Assembly: GCA_038523235.1 (NCBI GenBank)
Contig: JBCBJQ010000117.1
Location: 1 to 18,079 of the forward strand
Length of the DNA stretch: 18,079 bases
Source: Cyanobacteria bacterium J06626_4
Lineage (GTDB): Bacteria > Cyanobacteriota > Cyanobacteriia > Phormidesmidales > Phormidesmidaceae
Direction of reading: 5' to 3'
Below the pieces are notes generated by a model that saw nothing but the letters and a program-made list of their open reading frames with translations, was not told the DNA's origin and made no database searches. Below, one piece after another: positions 1 through 9,296 of this stretch. Every line of letters begins with the position of its first letter. The first letter of the stretch is position 1. A program made the position numbers and the translations under genes.

Positions 1-81
1 CTGATCTATGGTGGCGTGACCGCTGTAGTGTTACCGAGTCTTACTTTACGCCAGCGCTCTGTGACCGATCATTCAGCTTAG
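1..81 (+). CDS. 3' end of a membrane-protein paralog (partial, runs off the window)
   Basis: Frame 1 reads LIYGGVTAVVLPSLTLRQRSVTDHSA*, which matches the C-terminus of 359..1081 (LVYGGVTARALPYLTARQ). Confidence 0.8.
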   Translation: MIYGGVTAVVLPSLTLRQRSVTDHSA

Positions 82-358
82 AAATCACCCTGGAATTCTG
101 GCTGAATCAAGGACTTCAGCGATCGCGATAGAACTGACGCAGTGGCACTCGATTTCTGTCTCCTGAAGTCTCAATCCTCAGAACCTCGGCTGCCACATCC
201 CCAAGGTTAGGGCATTTCCGGGGGGGGATCGATCAGCCTTCAAGTCTCTAAAACTCTGGTCTGAAGCGGCATGATGAATGTCTGATTTCTGCCAAGCTCA
301 GTCTGAGCCAATCGATCTAGCATGGTATCGCTGTGGCTGAGGTCGCCGACCCAATCCT

Positions 359-1081
359 ATGAGTCCTGAGCAATCCGATCGGCCTGATTTGCCTACTCCC
401 CCTGATCAAGCATCAAAGGCGTCTGAACGTCCTGAATCCAAAGCCTCCCCGCCGACGGTTTGGTCTTGGCTCGTGGTCAACACCCTAGGATTTGCCATCG
501 CGATCGCGCTGTTGGTGCTGCTGGGCTTCCAGTTTTCTGGCCGAGAACTTTTTCTGGCGGGGTTGGTCATCAGTGCCATCGTCGGGCCATTGCAGGCGAT
601 CGTGCTGCGCCAAAAAATCCTTAGGTTGAGGATTTGGCAATGGGTTCTGGTCAGTATTTTGGGCAGTTATCTCGGCGTATTTTTAGGCCTAGTGGCGACC
701 TTTCTCCTGTCAACCTTCGGGCTGTTTATCTTAGTCCTCATCCCGTTTGCTGAGCTTTTTGTGGGCACGCTTCTGGGTGCGATGGTGGGTGTCTGTGTCG
801 GGCTCGGTCAGGTTTTAGTGCTCGCTCGACAGGTGCGCGGTCTGCGCTGGTGGTGGGTGGCTAATGTGTTGGGGCGATCGCTGGGCTGGCTCAGCGCTCA
901 ACTGCTATGGCAGCTTGTGAAAGCAGAAACAGTCATCATGGTGCCGCCCAACAGCATCCAAGATCTGCCAATAGTTCTGCTCTGTGGTGCTGTTGGTGGA
1001 CTGGTTTACGGTGGCGTGACGGCCAGAGCATTACCTTACCTGACCGCCCGTCAGCCTGCTATCACTAGCAGCCAAAAATAA
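359..1081 (+). CDS. Hypothetical multi-pass membrane protein (cyanobacterial Gly/Trp-rich family)
   Basis: 240-aa ORF with about 6-7 hydrophobic helices and an internal duplication (GPLQAIVLR..WQWV / GLGQVLVLA..WWWV). Paralogous to 1..81 and 2593..3171. Confidence 0.85.
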   Translation: MSPEQSDRPDLPTPPDQASKASERPESKASPPTVWSWLVVNTLGFAIAIALLVLLGFQFSGRELFLAGLVISAIVGPLQAIVLRQKILRLRIWQWVLVSILGSYLGVFLGLVATFLLSTFGLFILVLIPFAELFVGTLLGAMVGVCVGLGQVLVLARQVRGLRWWWVANVLGRSLGWLSAQLLWQLVKAETVIMVPPNSIQDLPIVLLCGAVGGLVYGGVTARALPYLTARQPAITSSQK

Positions 1082-1248
1082 AAATCATTAGGAAATCTGG
1101 CTCCTCTAGCGTTTTAATCAGGAACACCTCAAAACTCTGGCATAAAACTGCATAAGGGATGTCTGATTGCTGATAATACAGATGCCATTCAGCCGATTTA
1201 TGATGTGACGGTGTGGAGTGAATCAGGAACAGGACGCCTCCTCAATCC

Positions 1249-1270
1249 CTCTCTCAGCCTTGGGAGAGGG
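1249..1270. repeat. REP-like palindrome CCTCTCTCA-GCCT-TGGGAGAGG
   Basis: Imperfect inverted repeat seen directly; resembles intergenic hairpin repeats common in filamentous cyanobacteria. Confidence 0.5.
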
Positions 1271-1577
1271 ATTGCAAAACTTTGACGCTGCAGCGCTCAA
1301 AACCGGAATTAGAGGTCGAATGAAATACAGCGACTCGACAAGAAACTGCTTCGCATCTGATGCTCTGATCGTAGGATTAGGCTTACAAAACTTAAAGCCT
1401 CGAAATGCTTATAAGTTAATTGATTTGCCGATTTTTTTAGATTCCTTCAAGCCTTAGTAATGTTCTCTCTAGAAATCAAAGGGGCATTTGTTGCTTCGAT
1501 TTTTATCTGTCTTTACCGCTTTTAGCGTATCTATTTTTGAATTCGATTTGAAGCTTAATTCAATTGAGGGGATTAAG

Positions 1578-2513
1578 ATGATGCCGAAAAATTGGAATTA
1601 TTTTTCCTTAAAGCTCACTGTCTTTGCCTCTATTGTTTTTGTTTCTTGGCTGGGGTGGGGACTCGCTGCCTGTGGCAAGGCTACAGTTCCGCTCACAGAA
1701 AAAGAGAAGCCTTTGCCGCTGGCCTCTGACAGTGAGAGCCCTCAGAACAAGACGGAAGATTTACTGAGTGCAGATGATCAGTTCGGTCTGCAAGCAGGGC
1801 TGCCGTATGCGGCAGCCCGAGAACTGTTGATTCAGCAGGGCTGGCAACCCCACTTACAGGGGGCAGCCCCCAACCTGAGTAGTCCGACGGTCAGCGAACT
1901 GTTTGATTTGGGGGACGAGGAGGTTAAAGATTGCGCCAGCACCGGTCTGGGGCTTTGTCGCTTTGAGCTTACCAACGCCGCCGGAGACCTCTTGATGGTA
2001 TCGACAGTGACGCTGGGGAGCGATCGCAATGACGAACGCGTCGTTTGGACCTGGTTTGTTGAAGAGAGGTTGGCGATGATTCAACCAGGTTTATCGTTTC
2101 CCGAGCCCAACCCATCATCATCTAATCGAGTAGACCCTGCCCAGATTCAGCTTTCCCTAGCGGGCATTGCTCCTGGCGCTCCGGAGTCTGAGGTGCTCAA
2201 TCGGCTAGGCCCACCCAGCCGGGTAGTTGATTCGATATTGCCTGAGTTGGAATATCCTGGCATGACTGTCTGGCTGGATGAAAATCGCCAGGTCGTGGAA
2301 ATAGTCAGCACCAATGCTGAGGACTGTACGCCGGATGGCGTTTGCCCCGACATGGCTTTTGCCGATGTACGTGCGCTGTATGGTGAGCCCATCGTGAACG
2401 ATCGCGAAAGCGGTCGTTTTATGGAATATTACCGGCCAGGGGCGACCTGCTGGTTACAAATTGCCTTGGATGAACAAACGGTCGAGTCGGTCGGCGTCGT
2501 TTGCCAACCTTGA
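1578..2513 (+). CDS. Hypothetical two-domain lipoprotein
   Basis: ATG at 1578 after GAGGGG. Signal peptide ends in lipobox LAA-C. Domain 1 has GLPYAAARELLIQQGWQP...CASTGLGLC. Domain 2 has a duplicated GI/GV-x-P...EV/DV..LG/YG-x-P motif (BamE/BLIP-like). The ORF-track start at 1488 is probably too long. Confidence 0.8.
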   Translation: MMPKNWNYFSLKLTVFASIVFVSWLGWGLAACGKATVPLTEKEKPLPLASDSESPQNKTEDLLSADDQFGLQAGLPYAAARELLIQQGWQPHLQGAAPNLSSPTVSELFDLGDEEVKDCASTGLGLCRFELTNAAGDLLMVSTVTLGSDRNDERVVWTWFVEERLAMIQPGLSFPEPNPSSSNRVDPAQIQLSLAGIAPGAPESEVLNRLGPPSRVVDSILPELEYPGMTVWLDENRQVVEIVSTNAEDCTPDGVCPDMAFADVRALYGEPIVNDRESGRFMEYYRPGATCWLQIALDEQTVESVGVVCQP

Positions 2514-2592
2514 CGGTGCTGTTACCCCTTGAGACATAGAGCAGCCTGCCTGCATAACGACGACGGATGTTCTTTATCAATTTTTTGACGGT

Positions 2593-3340
2593 ATGACTGC
2601 TGACCCGCCTGATCGCCCTGATCTTCGCCCTTCAGACATCCCCGCGACAGTTGCTTCAGATACTGGCGAGCGTCAGCCTTGGCCGCCATCGTCGATCCTG
2701 TGGCCCTGGTTGAGCGCGAATACGCTGGGGTTTGCCGTGGTGACGACCGTCCTGATTGGAATAGCCGTTCTCGGCAAAGCTGCTGGTGGCGTCATGGGGG
2801 GCATCGAAGCGCTGTATTGCTCTGGCTTAGTGGTGGGTGGCTTCGTCGGTCCCTTGCAGGCATTTGTTTTGCGTGACCAGGTGCCAAGACTCAAAAATTG
2901 GCAATGGATTATGGCGTCGATGCTGGGCGGCTATGCAGGGTTGTTTTTGGGAGCCATCATCTCAATTACGATCACCTTGCCACTACCCATGCTTGAAGCT
3001 GCTCTCATGGTGGTTTGGCCGAGCATCTATGGTGCGACGTTGGGCATCAGCGTGGGGGTGGGGCAAGTGCTGGTGTTGGCTCAGCATGTGCGAGGGCTAC
3101 GCCGCTGGTGGGTGGCGAGTGTGTTGGGGCGATCACTGGGTTGGCTCAGTGCCAAGTTTTATGAGTTTTAGTAACTGCCAGGGTGTCAACTGATTTCCCG
3201 CATGGCCTTGGACACTTTCTCATCGTCGCGCTCATGGACGCAGTGGGCAGGCTGATTTACGGTGACGTGACAGTAGGGCGATACTTAGGTTGACGCCACG
3301 CTAGCGTTCTGTCGTCGATAGTTCAGAGGAAAAAAACATT
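2593..3340 (+). pseudogene. Degraded third paralog of the membrane protein (open frame 2593..3171)
   Basis: Homologous to 359..1081 up to GRSLGWLSA. A lost T at about 3157-3160 and TGG>TGA (3162) follow. The C-terminal remnant continues in frame 3 (AVGRLIYGDVT, 3240-3272) and frame 2 (LTPR*RSVVDSS, from 3290). Confidence 0.7.
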
Positions 3341-3400
3341 CCCAAACGCCTACTTTTTTTAGGGTCTAAACAAAGCACAAGTCAAAACTCTGACATGACA

Positions 3401-3445
3401 CCAAATCGTGTCTGCCTAATTTCTAATCAAGCAAACACGATTTGG
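3401..3445. other. Strong stem-loop (15-bp arms, one mismatch)
   Basis: CCAAATCGTGTCTGC (3401-3415) pairs with GCAAACACGATTTGG (3431-3445). Confidence 0.6.
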
Positions 3446-3592
3446 CAGACTGGTTATGTGCAGCGTTTATCTGGCTAGTAAGAAAATACATAGTTGTGCT
3501 GATTTTCTTTGCATCAACCCAGCCTATGGCTGAAATTGCCAACGCGATTGTGTAGGGTAAGGTGATTTTGATTTGACCCTGACGCCCCACTT

Positions 3593-5770
3593 ATGGATCG
3601 CCCCCGGCTCACTGCTAAGGAACTGCGCCGCCGCTACCGCCAAGGAGAGCGTAACTTTACTGGGGTAAACCTCAGTGGAGAATCGCTGCGGGGGATGAAC
3701 CTGCGGGCGATCAACCTCTCAGATGCTGATCTTAGCTATACCGATATTCGAGGCACAAACTTTACCGAGGCCGATTTAAAGAGAGTCCAATTTGTTGGAG
3801 CTGAAGCAGGTAACCAAATACATTGGATAGTTTTTCACTTCTTGGGTGCTTGCATTTCGATGACTTTTGCCAGCCTGTATTATGGCTCTTTCTTTTCGGC
3901 TTTAATAATGTCAATCATTATTCCATCGGATTTATTTAATTTGGCGAATGCCAATGATTTTCCAATAACAACAGCTGATGGAAATAGGCTTGCTGCTTGT
4001 TTGGGCTTTTTCTCTTTTGTGACATTTTCAAGTTTCCGACCTAGTGACTCTGGTATTCGGGGAATTTTTCCTTTGTTGATAGTGCTCGTGGGGACTATTT
4101 CTGGCGCTATTTCAAATCTCTTCCTTAATGATAGTTTTTTTGTTGGTATCTTTGGATTATTTTTGGGAATTTCGCTGGCTATACCCTATATTATCTTCGG
4201 GTCATATGTCATTCCTCTCAACTTTTCCGGAGCTATTTTTGGAGCGGCTATATCCCTATTTTCATTTCTCTTTGGAAGACACCTAAACTTCATTACCGTC
4301 ACCTTTTCAAGTAGTCAGAATCTTCAACTAGCCATGGAGATCTTAGCTATCTTAGGAGTGATTTTGGTAACCTTTTTTAATTTTAGAGAAGTGAAGCAAA
4401 TGATGAATCATCAAAAGGACAGAAATAAATTCAAGATTCAGATTTGGGTGCGCTCTTTTGGTGGCACGAGATTTATCGGAGCTGACCTGACTGATGCTTG
4501 CTTTTTAAAGGCTTTTCTAGGTGACTCACACATATACAAGGCAATCCTAACAAGAACACAGTTTCATTTAGCTGAAAATCTTGAATTTTCTCGCTTCGAG
4601 AATACCATTCTTGAAAAGGATCGTATTCGTTCCCTTTTGGTCACTTTGCGAGGCGCAGGACAATCCTATGCTGGCTTTAATTTAAAGGGCGTCAACCTTC
4701 ATGGGGCAGATTTGACAAATGCAGATTTTACTGAAGCCAATCTCAGTGACGCTACATTAGAAGAAGCTATGCTTGAGGGAGCGATTTTCACTGAAACTCA
4801 GGTTCTTAGAACTAATTTCCGTAAATGTATTCTCACAGGCGCTAATATTTCATCCTGGAACATTGATAGCACAACGCAACTCGAAGAAGTCATTTGTGAC
4901 TATATCTACCTTTTTCGAAACCAGCAAAAACGTTGCCCGAACAGCGGCATGTTTAACCCTAGCGAGTTCACTAAACTCTTCCAGAAAATTTTCGATACGG
5001 TGGACCTGATTTTTAGCAATAGCATCGACTGGAAAGCTTTCACTTATACGCTTAAACAAGTCCAAGTGAAACATGATGATGCCAACCTCTCCGTCCAGAG
5101 TGTTGAAGACAAAGGCGACGGTTTCATGGTCGTTAAACTTAATGCTGCACCGGAAGCCGATAAACCCGCTATTCACGAGTCTTTTACCGAGATTTACCAG
5201 CTTGCACTCAAAGCCGCCGAAGCGCAGTACAAAGCTCAGCTCCATGCCAAAGACAGTGAGATCCAGAACTATCGCCAGCAGAGTGCTGATATGGTCGAGA
5301 TTATCAAGTTACAAGCCCAGCGCCCGATTAATGTAGAAGCCAAAGCCATTTCTGAGAGTAAAGCCATGCAGGGAGACGATCGCAGCATCAGCATTGGTGG
5401 CGATGCCACCGGCAACGTGTTCCAATCTGGTGACGGCAACACTGCCAAGATGGAGTTTCAGCAGGTGACCTTACCGCCTCCGGAAAGCGTCAATATTCAA
5501 ACAGAATTACTGGCATTGCACAGCATCCTCGCTTCCCTTAAAGATCCGGTTACCGACGGCATTGCCCAGAAGATCGAAGCCGAAGCCAAGAAGCCCAACC
5601 CTGACAAAAGTGTCATTAGCCAAACGCTGGAAACGGGGCTGACCTACGCCAAAAATCTACAGGGCTTTGCCGAATCGATTGATCAGCTCCGCCCTCATAT
5701 TCAAAACGCTACTGGTTGGCTGGGCGAGCATGGCTACAAATTACTGCCACTTGTCGGTTTGACGCTTTAA
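3593..5770 (+). CDS. Pentapeptide repeat-containing membrane protein
   Basis: N-terminal YRQGERNFTGVNLSGESLRGMNL pentapeptide repeats, a central multi-TM segment, a second repeat block (ADLTNADFTEANLSDATL), then a coiled-coil and helical C-terminal tail typical of cyanobacterial PRPs. Confidence 0.9.
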   Translation: MDRPRLTAKELRRRYRQGERNFTGVNLSGESLRGMNLRAINLSDADLSYTDIRGTNFTEADLKRVQFVGAEAGNQIHWIVFHFLGACISMTFASLYYGSFFSALIMSIIIPSDLFNLANANDFPITTADGNRLAACLGFFSFVTFSSFRPSDSGIRGIFPLLIVLVGTISGAISNLFLNDSFFVGIFGLFLGISLAIPYIIFGSYVIPLNFSGAIFGAAISLFSFLFGRHLNFITVTFSSSQNLQLAMEILAILGVILVTFFNFREVKQMMNHQKDRNKFKIQIWVRSFGGTRFIGADLTDACFLKAFLGDSHIYKAILTRTQFHLAENLEFSRFENTILEKDRIRSLLVTLRGAGQSYAGFNLKGVNLHGADLTNADFTEANLSDATLEEAMLEGAIFTETQVLRTNFRKCILTGANISSWNIDSTTQLEEVICDYIYLFRNQQKRCPNSGMFNPSEFTKLFQKIFDTVDLIFSNSIDWKAFTYTLKQVQVKHDDANLSVQSVEDKGDGFMVVKLNAAPEADKPAIHESFTEIYQLALKAAEAQYKAQLHAKDSEIQNYRQQSADMVEIIKLQAQRPINVEAKAISESKAMQGDDRSISIGGDATGNVFQSGDGNTAKMEFQQVTLPPPESVNIQTELLALHSILASLKDPVTDGIAQKIEAEAKKPNPDKSVISQTLETGLTYAKNLQGFAESIDQLRPHIQNATGWLGEHGYKLLPLVGLTL

Positions 5771-6201
5771 GTCAGAGACATCGTGAGATCACATTGGCAA
5801 AGGCATTGAGACCACTTGCTCGTTGGTGTCACGAACTCAGCTGCTGTCTACGCCATTTCCCGAGGGACTACTGTAAAGATGACGCGTTCTGCTCCTGCGA
5901 TCGCCGCATCTGATATGGTCTCCGCATTATTCTGCGGTGCAGGAGCACGATAGGCATGGCAGCGCAGGGTTGCAAATATTCTTGCTCTTGCTGAGCAACG
6001 GTTGCAAATCAGTATCGTCACAGCTAGCGAGGGTGCTGGGTTATTGATGATCGCACTAATGGCCAAGTCCTTATCTATGTGTTTGAGTGTTCTCAGACAC
6101 GCCTGTCGTAGGTTTCAGGGCCGTTAATGGATACAGACTTCAAAATTTCTTTGGATTGAGTCGCAACGATTCACAACAAGATAGTGTAAATTTAACAGGA
6201 A

Positions 6202-6216
6202 CGATAATCATTCTCA
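6202..6216. promoter_or_regulatory. Zur (FurB) box
   Basis: CGATAAT-C-ATTCTCA matches the cyanobacterial Zur consensus TGATAAT-N-ATTATCA at 12/14 positions and lies 44 bp upstream of the znuA ATG. Confidence 0.75.
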
Positions 6217-6260
6217 ATTTTATCGCGCTCTTGTCTGTGTTGGCCAAAGGAAGATCAGCC

Positions 6261-7526
6261 ATGTCTAAACAGAATTTTCAAACCACATTGCAGCGCAGTG
6301 CCTGGGTGGCGTTAGGGGCGATCGCTCTCGGCCTGGGTAGTTGTGCCGCCCCTTCGACCACTGGTGAGGCAGAGTCGCCAGAATCGGAAGTGGCTGCCGC
6401 CCCCGAAGATCAGTTACAGGTGGTAACCACATTTTTGCCGGTTACTCAGTTTACCAATGCGGTGGCGGGCGATCGCGCTGAAGTTGTCCAACTGCTGCCC
6501 ACGAACGTCGGCCCCCACGAGTACCAGGCCAAACCAGGCGATGCTCAGGCGATCGCCAATGCCGATGTGCTGGTCAAAAATGGCCTGGAGATGGAATTTT
6601 TCCTGGATGACATGATCGAGAACGCTGGTAATGCGGAACTAGCCATTATCGATTCCAGCGAGGGCATTGCGACCCTGGAAAGCGATCATGACCACGGTCA
6701 TGACCATGCCAAAGAAGAGGGGCATGATCACGCCGAGGGTGAAGAACACGATCATGACCATGATCATGCGGAAGGCGAAGCCCACGCGGAAGGTGAGGAG
6801 CACGACCATGACCACGCCGAAGGTGAAGAGCACGACCATGACCATGCCGAAGGTGAGGAGCACGACCACGCTGAGGGTGAAGCCCACGATCATGCGGAAG
6901 GCGAAGCCCATGACCACGGTCATGCCCATGGGGAATTCGATCCTCACGTCTGGCTCGACCCCAAACGGGCGATCGAGCAGGTGGAGAATATCCGCGATGG
7001 CTTGATTGCCGCCGACCCCGAAGGCGAAGCCGAATATACTGCTAATGCCGAGGCCTTCATTGCTGATCTGCAAGCCCTAGACGCGGATATCGCTGAAAAG
7101 CTGGCTCCCTTTGAGGGGCAGACCTTTGTGGTGTTCCATGACTTTGCCGCTTACTTTGCCGACAGCTATGGCCTGCAATCTGAAACGCTAGTGGGCATTC
7201 CTGAAGAGAATCCCTCACCAGATGATGTGAAGCGGGTGATGGAAACGGTGCAGGCAGAAGGACTAAAAGCGATCCTGACGGAACCACAGGCCGGGAAGGA
7301 ATCGTTTGACGCGATCGCGGGCGACCTGGATATCGGCGTTAGCGTTTTTGACCCCCTCGAAACGGGTGATGCCGAAGCGGTGCAGCCCGAATACTACCTC
7401 ACCACCATGAACCAGAATGTTGATGGTCTCGTGGCCAGTTTCGAAGGTTCCACTCAGTCCTGGCTACCCCTCTGGACTCCTGAAACCCTGGCCGTGGTGC
7501 CCCAGCGTGTGGGCCTGCGGTTTTAA
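6261..7526 (+). CDS. znuA: Zinc ABC transporter substrate-binding lipoprotein
   Basis: ATG 6261 (MSKQNF); lipobox LGS-C; cluster A-I motifs GPHEY, NGLEME, DPHVWLDP, FHDF; long His/Asp/Glu loop. The ORF-track start at 6087 would run through the Zur box. Confidence 0.92.
   Translation: MSKQNFQTTLQRSAWVALGAIALGLGSCAAPSTTGEAESPESEVAAAPEDQLQVVTTFLPVTQFTNAVAGDRAEVVQLLPTNVGPHEYQAKPGDAQAIANADVLVKNGLEMEFFLDDMIENAGNAELAIIDSSEGIATLESDHDHGHDHAKEEGHDHAEGEEHDHDHDHAEGEAHAEGEEHDHDHAEGEEHDHDHAEGEEHDHAEGEAHDHAEGEAHDHGHAHGEFDPHVWLDPKRAIEQVENIRDGLIAADPEGEAEYTANAEAFIADLQALDADIAEKLAPFEGQTFVVFHDFAAYFADSYGLQSETLVGIPEENPSPDDVKRVMETVQAEGLKAILTEPQAGKESFDAIAGDLDIGVSVFDPLETGDAEAVQPEYYLTTMNQNVDGLVASFEGSTQSWLPLWTPETLAVVPQRVGLRF
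6684..6930 (+). repeat. Coding tandem repeat HAEGE(E/A)(HD)n in ZnuA
   Basis: Seven HAEGE units plus one HAKEE unit, separated by 0-3 HD dipeptides. Confidence 0.9.
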
Positions 7527-7543
7527 TAGACTGGACTAACGCA

Positions 7544-7613
7544 GTTGAATCCGATTTGGGCCCGCAATCGTCAAATCTGGGGAAATCGGATTCAGCTTCT
7601 CCCAAATTTGGAG
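7544..7613 (+). other. Intergenic stem-loops between znuA and znuC
   Basis: GTTGAATCCGATTT (7544-7557) pairs with AAATCGGATTCAGC (7583-7596), followed by the small palindrome CTCCCAAATTTGGAG. Confidence 0.6.
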
Positions 7614-7679
7614 GGTTGCAGGGAGCTTTTGCGTCAGTCCTAAGCGGGACATTTGTTTGGTGCAGTCAGGAGTCAGTGT

Positions 7680-8465
7680 TTGAACGATCCGGTTTTAGTG
7701 GTGCAGGGGTTAACGGTGTATCGCGGCACTCATCCGGCGGTGCAGGAAGTGTCCTTTACTGTCCCGGCGGGCACTGATACTGCGATTATTGGCCCCAACG
7801 GCGCGGGAAAAAGTACCCTCATTCAGGCGGTGCTAGGCATTTTGCCACGTCAGGCGGGACAGATTTCGGTACTGGGTCATGCCCTGTCGGCCAAGGGCTA
7901 TCTCCCGGCTGCGGTGCGACAGCAGATCGCTTACCTGCCCCAAAACTTTTTGTTTGATCGCCGTATTCCCATCACTGTGTCTGAGTTGGTGGGTTTGGGC
8001 TGGGATCGCGTCGGACCACAGCTACCCTGGGTCGGTGTCCGAGCCCGCCGTCAGGCGGTGCGAGCTGCACTGGCTCAAGTGGAAGCCTGGCATCTGCGCG
8101 ACCAATTGGTCAGCAGTTTATCCGGGGGGGAGACCAAACGGGTGCTGCTGGCCTACTGTCTGGTGCGGCCCCGGGCGCTATTAATTTTGGACGAAGCCCC
8201 AGCGGGTCTAGATGCCCGAGGGGAGTCGGAGTTTTACCAGCTGCTCTATCAGCTCAAACAAGACCAGGGCTGGGCGATTTTGCAAATTTCCCACGATCTG
8301 GATATGGTGCGCCGCAGTTGCGATCGCGTTCTTTGCATGAACCGCCAGCTGCTGTGCCAGGGTCCTCCCGACCATGCCCTTGCCCCTGAGCAGTTATCCC
8401 TCGCCTACGGGCAAGATCTCGTTCGTTATCACCACACCTGTCAGCCCCAGCACCATGACCATTGA
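7680..8465 (+). CDS. znuC: Zinc ABC transporter ATP-binding protein
   Basis: Walker A GPNGAGKS, YLPQ Q-loop, LSGGE signature, Walker B LLILDE, ISHD switch and a His-rich tail. Start TTG 7680 follows AGGAG. Confidence 0.92.
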   Translation: MNDPVLVVQGLTVYRGTHPAVQEVSFTVPAGTDTAIIGPNGAGKSTLIQAVLGILPRQAGQISVLGHALSAKGYLPAAVRQQIAYLPQNFLFDRRIPITVSELVGLGWDRVGPQLPWVGVRARRQAVRAALAQVEAWHLRDQLVSSLSGGETKRVLLAYCLVRPRALLILDEAPAGLDARGESEFYQLLYQLKQDQGWAILQISHDLDMVRRSCDRVLCMNRQLLCQGPPDHALAPEQLSLAYGQDLVRYHHTCQPQHHDH

Positions 8466-9294
8466 AGCCGAAATCACCCGCGTTATTGGACTGTTTCAAC
8501 TGCCCTTTATGCAGCGGGCACTGATGGGTGGCGTGTTAACCGGGCTGATGGGGGGCTTACTGGGCAGTTTTACTATCCTGCGGCAGTTGTCCTTTTTTAG
8601 CGATGCCTTGGGCCATTCGGCTCTGCTGGGAATTAGCATTGGGTTGCTGCTAGGGTTTGATCCGTCCTGGGTGCTGCTGCCCTTTGCGGTGGTGTTTGCC
8701 CTGGTGGTGACTTATTTTCTGGAACGCACTCAGCTCTGGACCGATGCCCTGTTAAACATTATTTATTCGTCCTCCCTGGCGGTGGGCATCATTCTGCTGA
8801 GCTTTCGGGATGAGTATCAGGGGGGCATTACGAACCTCCTCTTTGGCGATATTCTCGCGGTGCAAACCGCCGATCTGATTTTCGGGACTGTGCTGTTGGC
8901 GATATGTGCGGGGTTCATTGGTCTGACCCTGCGATCACAAATTCTGCTCACGCTGCATGAACCGATGGCGATCGCTCGCGGCGTCAATATCTCAGCCCAG
9001 CGCACTATCTTTATTGTCCTGCTGTCCTTAGTGGTGGGCATTTCCATTAAAGCGATCGGCGTGCTGCTGATCAGTGCCTTTGTGGTGATTCCCGCCTGTG
9101 CCGCCCGCCTGCTCAGCCGTCAATTCACCCAATACATCCTCATCTCCGCTGGCCTGGGGGCCATTAGCGCCGTCCTCGGCATGCTGCTGTCTGCCCTGTT
9201 TGACCTGCCCTCAGGCCCGAGCATTGTCACCGTGCAACTCGGGATCTTTCTGCTAGCGGCACTCATCCCTACCGCCCGCGTTCTGGCTCCCTAA
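8455..9294 (+). CDS. znuB: Zinc ABC transporter permease
   Basis: ABC-3 permease motifs FMQRAL, DALGHSALLG, LFGDIL, GVLLISAFVVIPA and PSGPSIV. The ATG at 8455 overlaps the end of znuC. Confidence 0.92.
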   Translation: MTIEAEITRVIGLFQLPFMQRALMGGVLTGLMGGLLGSFTILRQLSFFSDALGHSALLGISIGLLLGFDPSWVLLPFAVVFALVVTYFLERTQLWTDALLNIIYSSSLAVGIILLSFRDEYQGGITNLLFGDILAVQTADLIFGTVLLAICAGFIGLTLRSQILLTLHEPMAIARGVNISAQRTIFIVLLSLVVGISIKAIGVLLISAFVVIPACAARLLSRQFTQYILISAGLGAISAVLGMLLSALFDLPSGPSIVTVQLGIFLLAALIPTARVLAP

Positions 9295-9296
9295 CC

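Noticed and set aside
1218..1457. 79-aa ORF
   Set aside because: It overlaps palindromic, repeat-like intergenic DNA and has no recognisable protein features.
5848..6066. 72-aa minus-strand ORF divergent from znuA
   Set aside because: TTG start and no recognisable motif; it cannot be supported, though it is not excluded.
6087..6260. N-terminal extension of ZnuA
   Set aside because: It spans the Zur box, and the signal peptide fits ATG 6261.
6639..7073. Met/Val-rich or Thr/Met-rich alternative-frame ORFs over the His loops (also 12118..12438)
   Set aside because: These are shadow ORFs produced by the His/Asp codon repeats.
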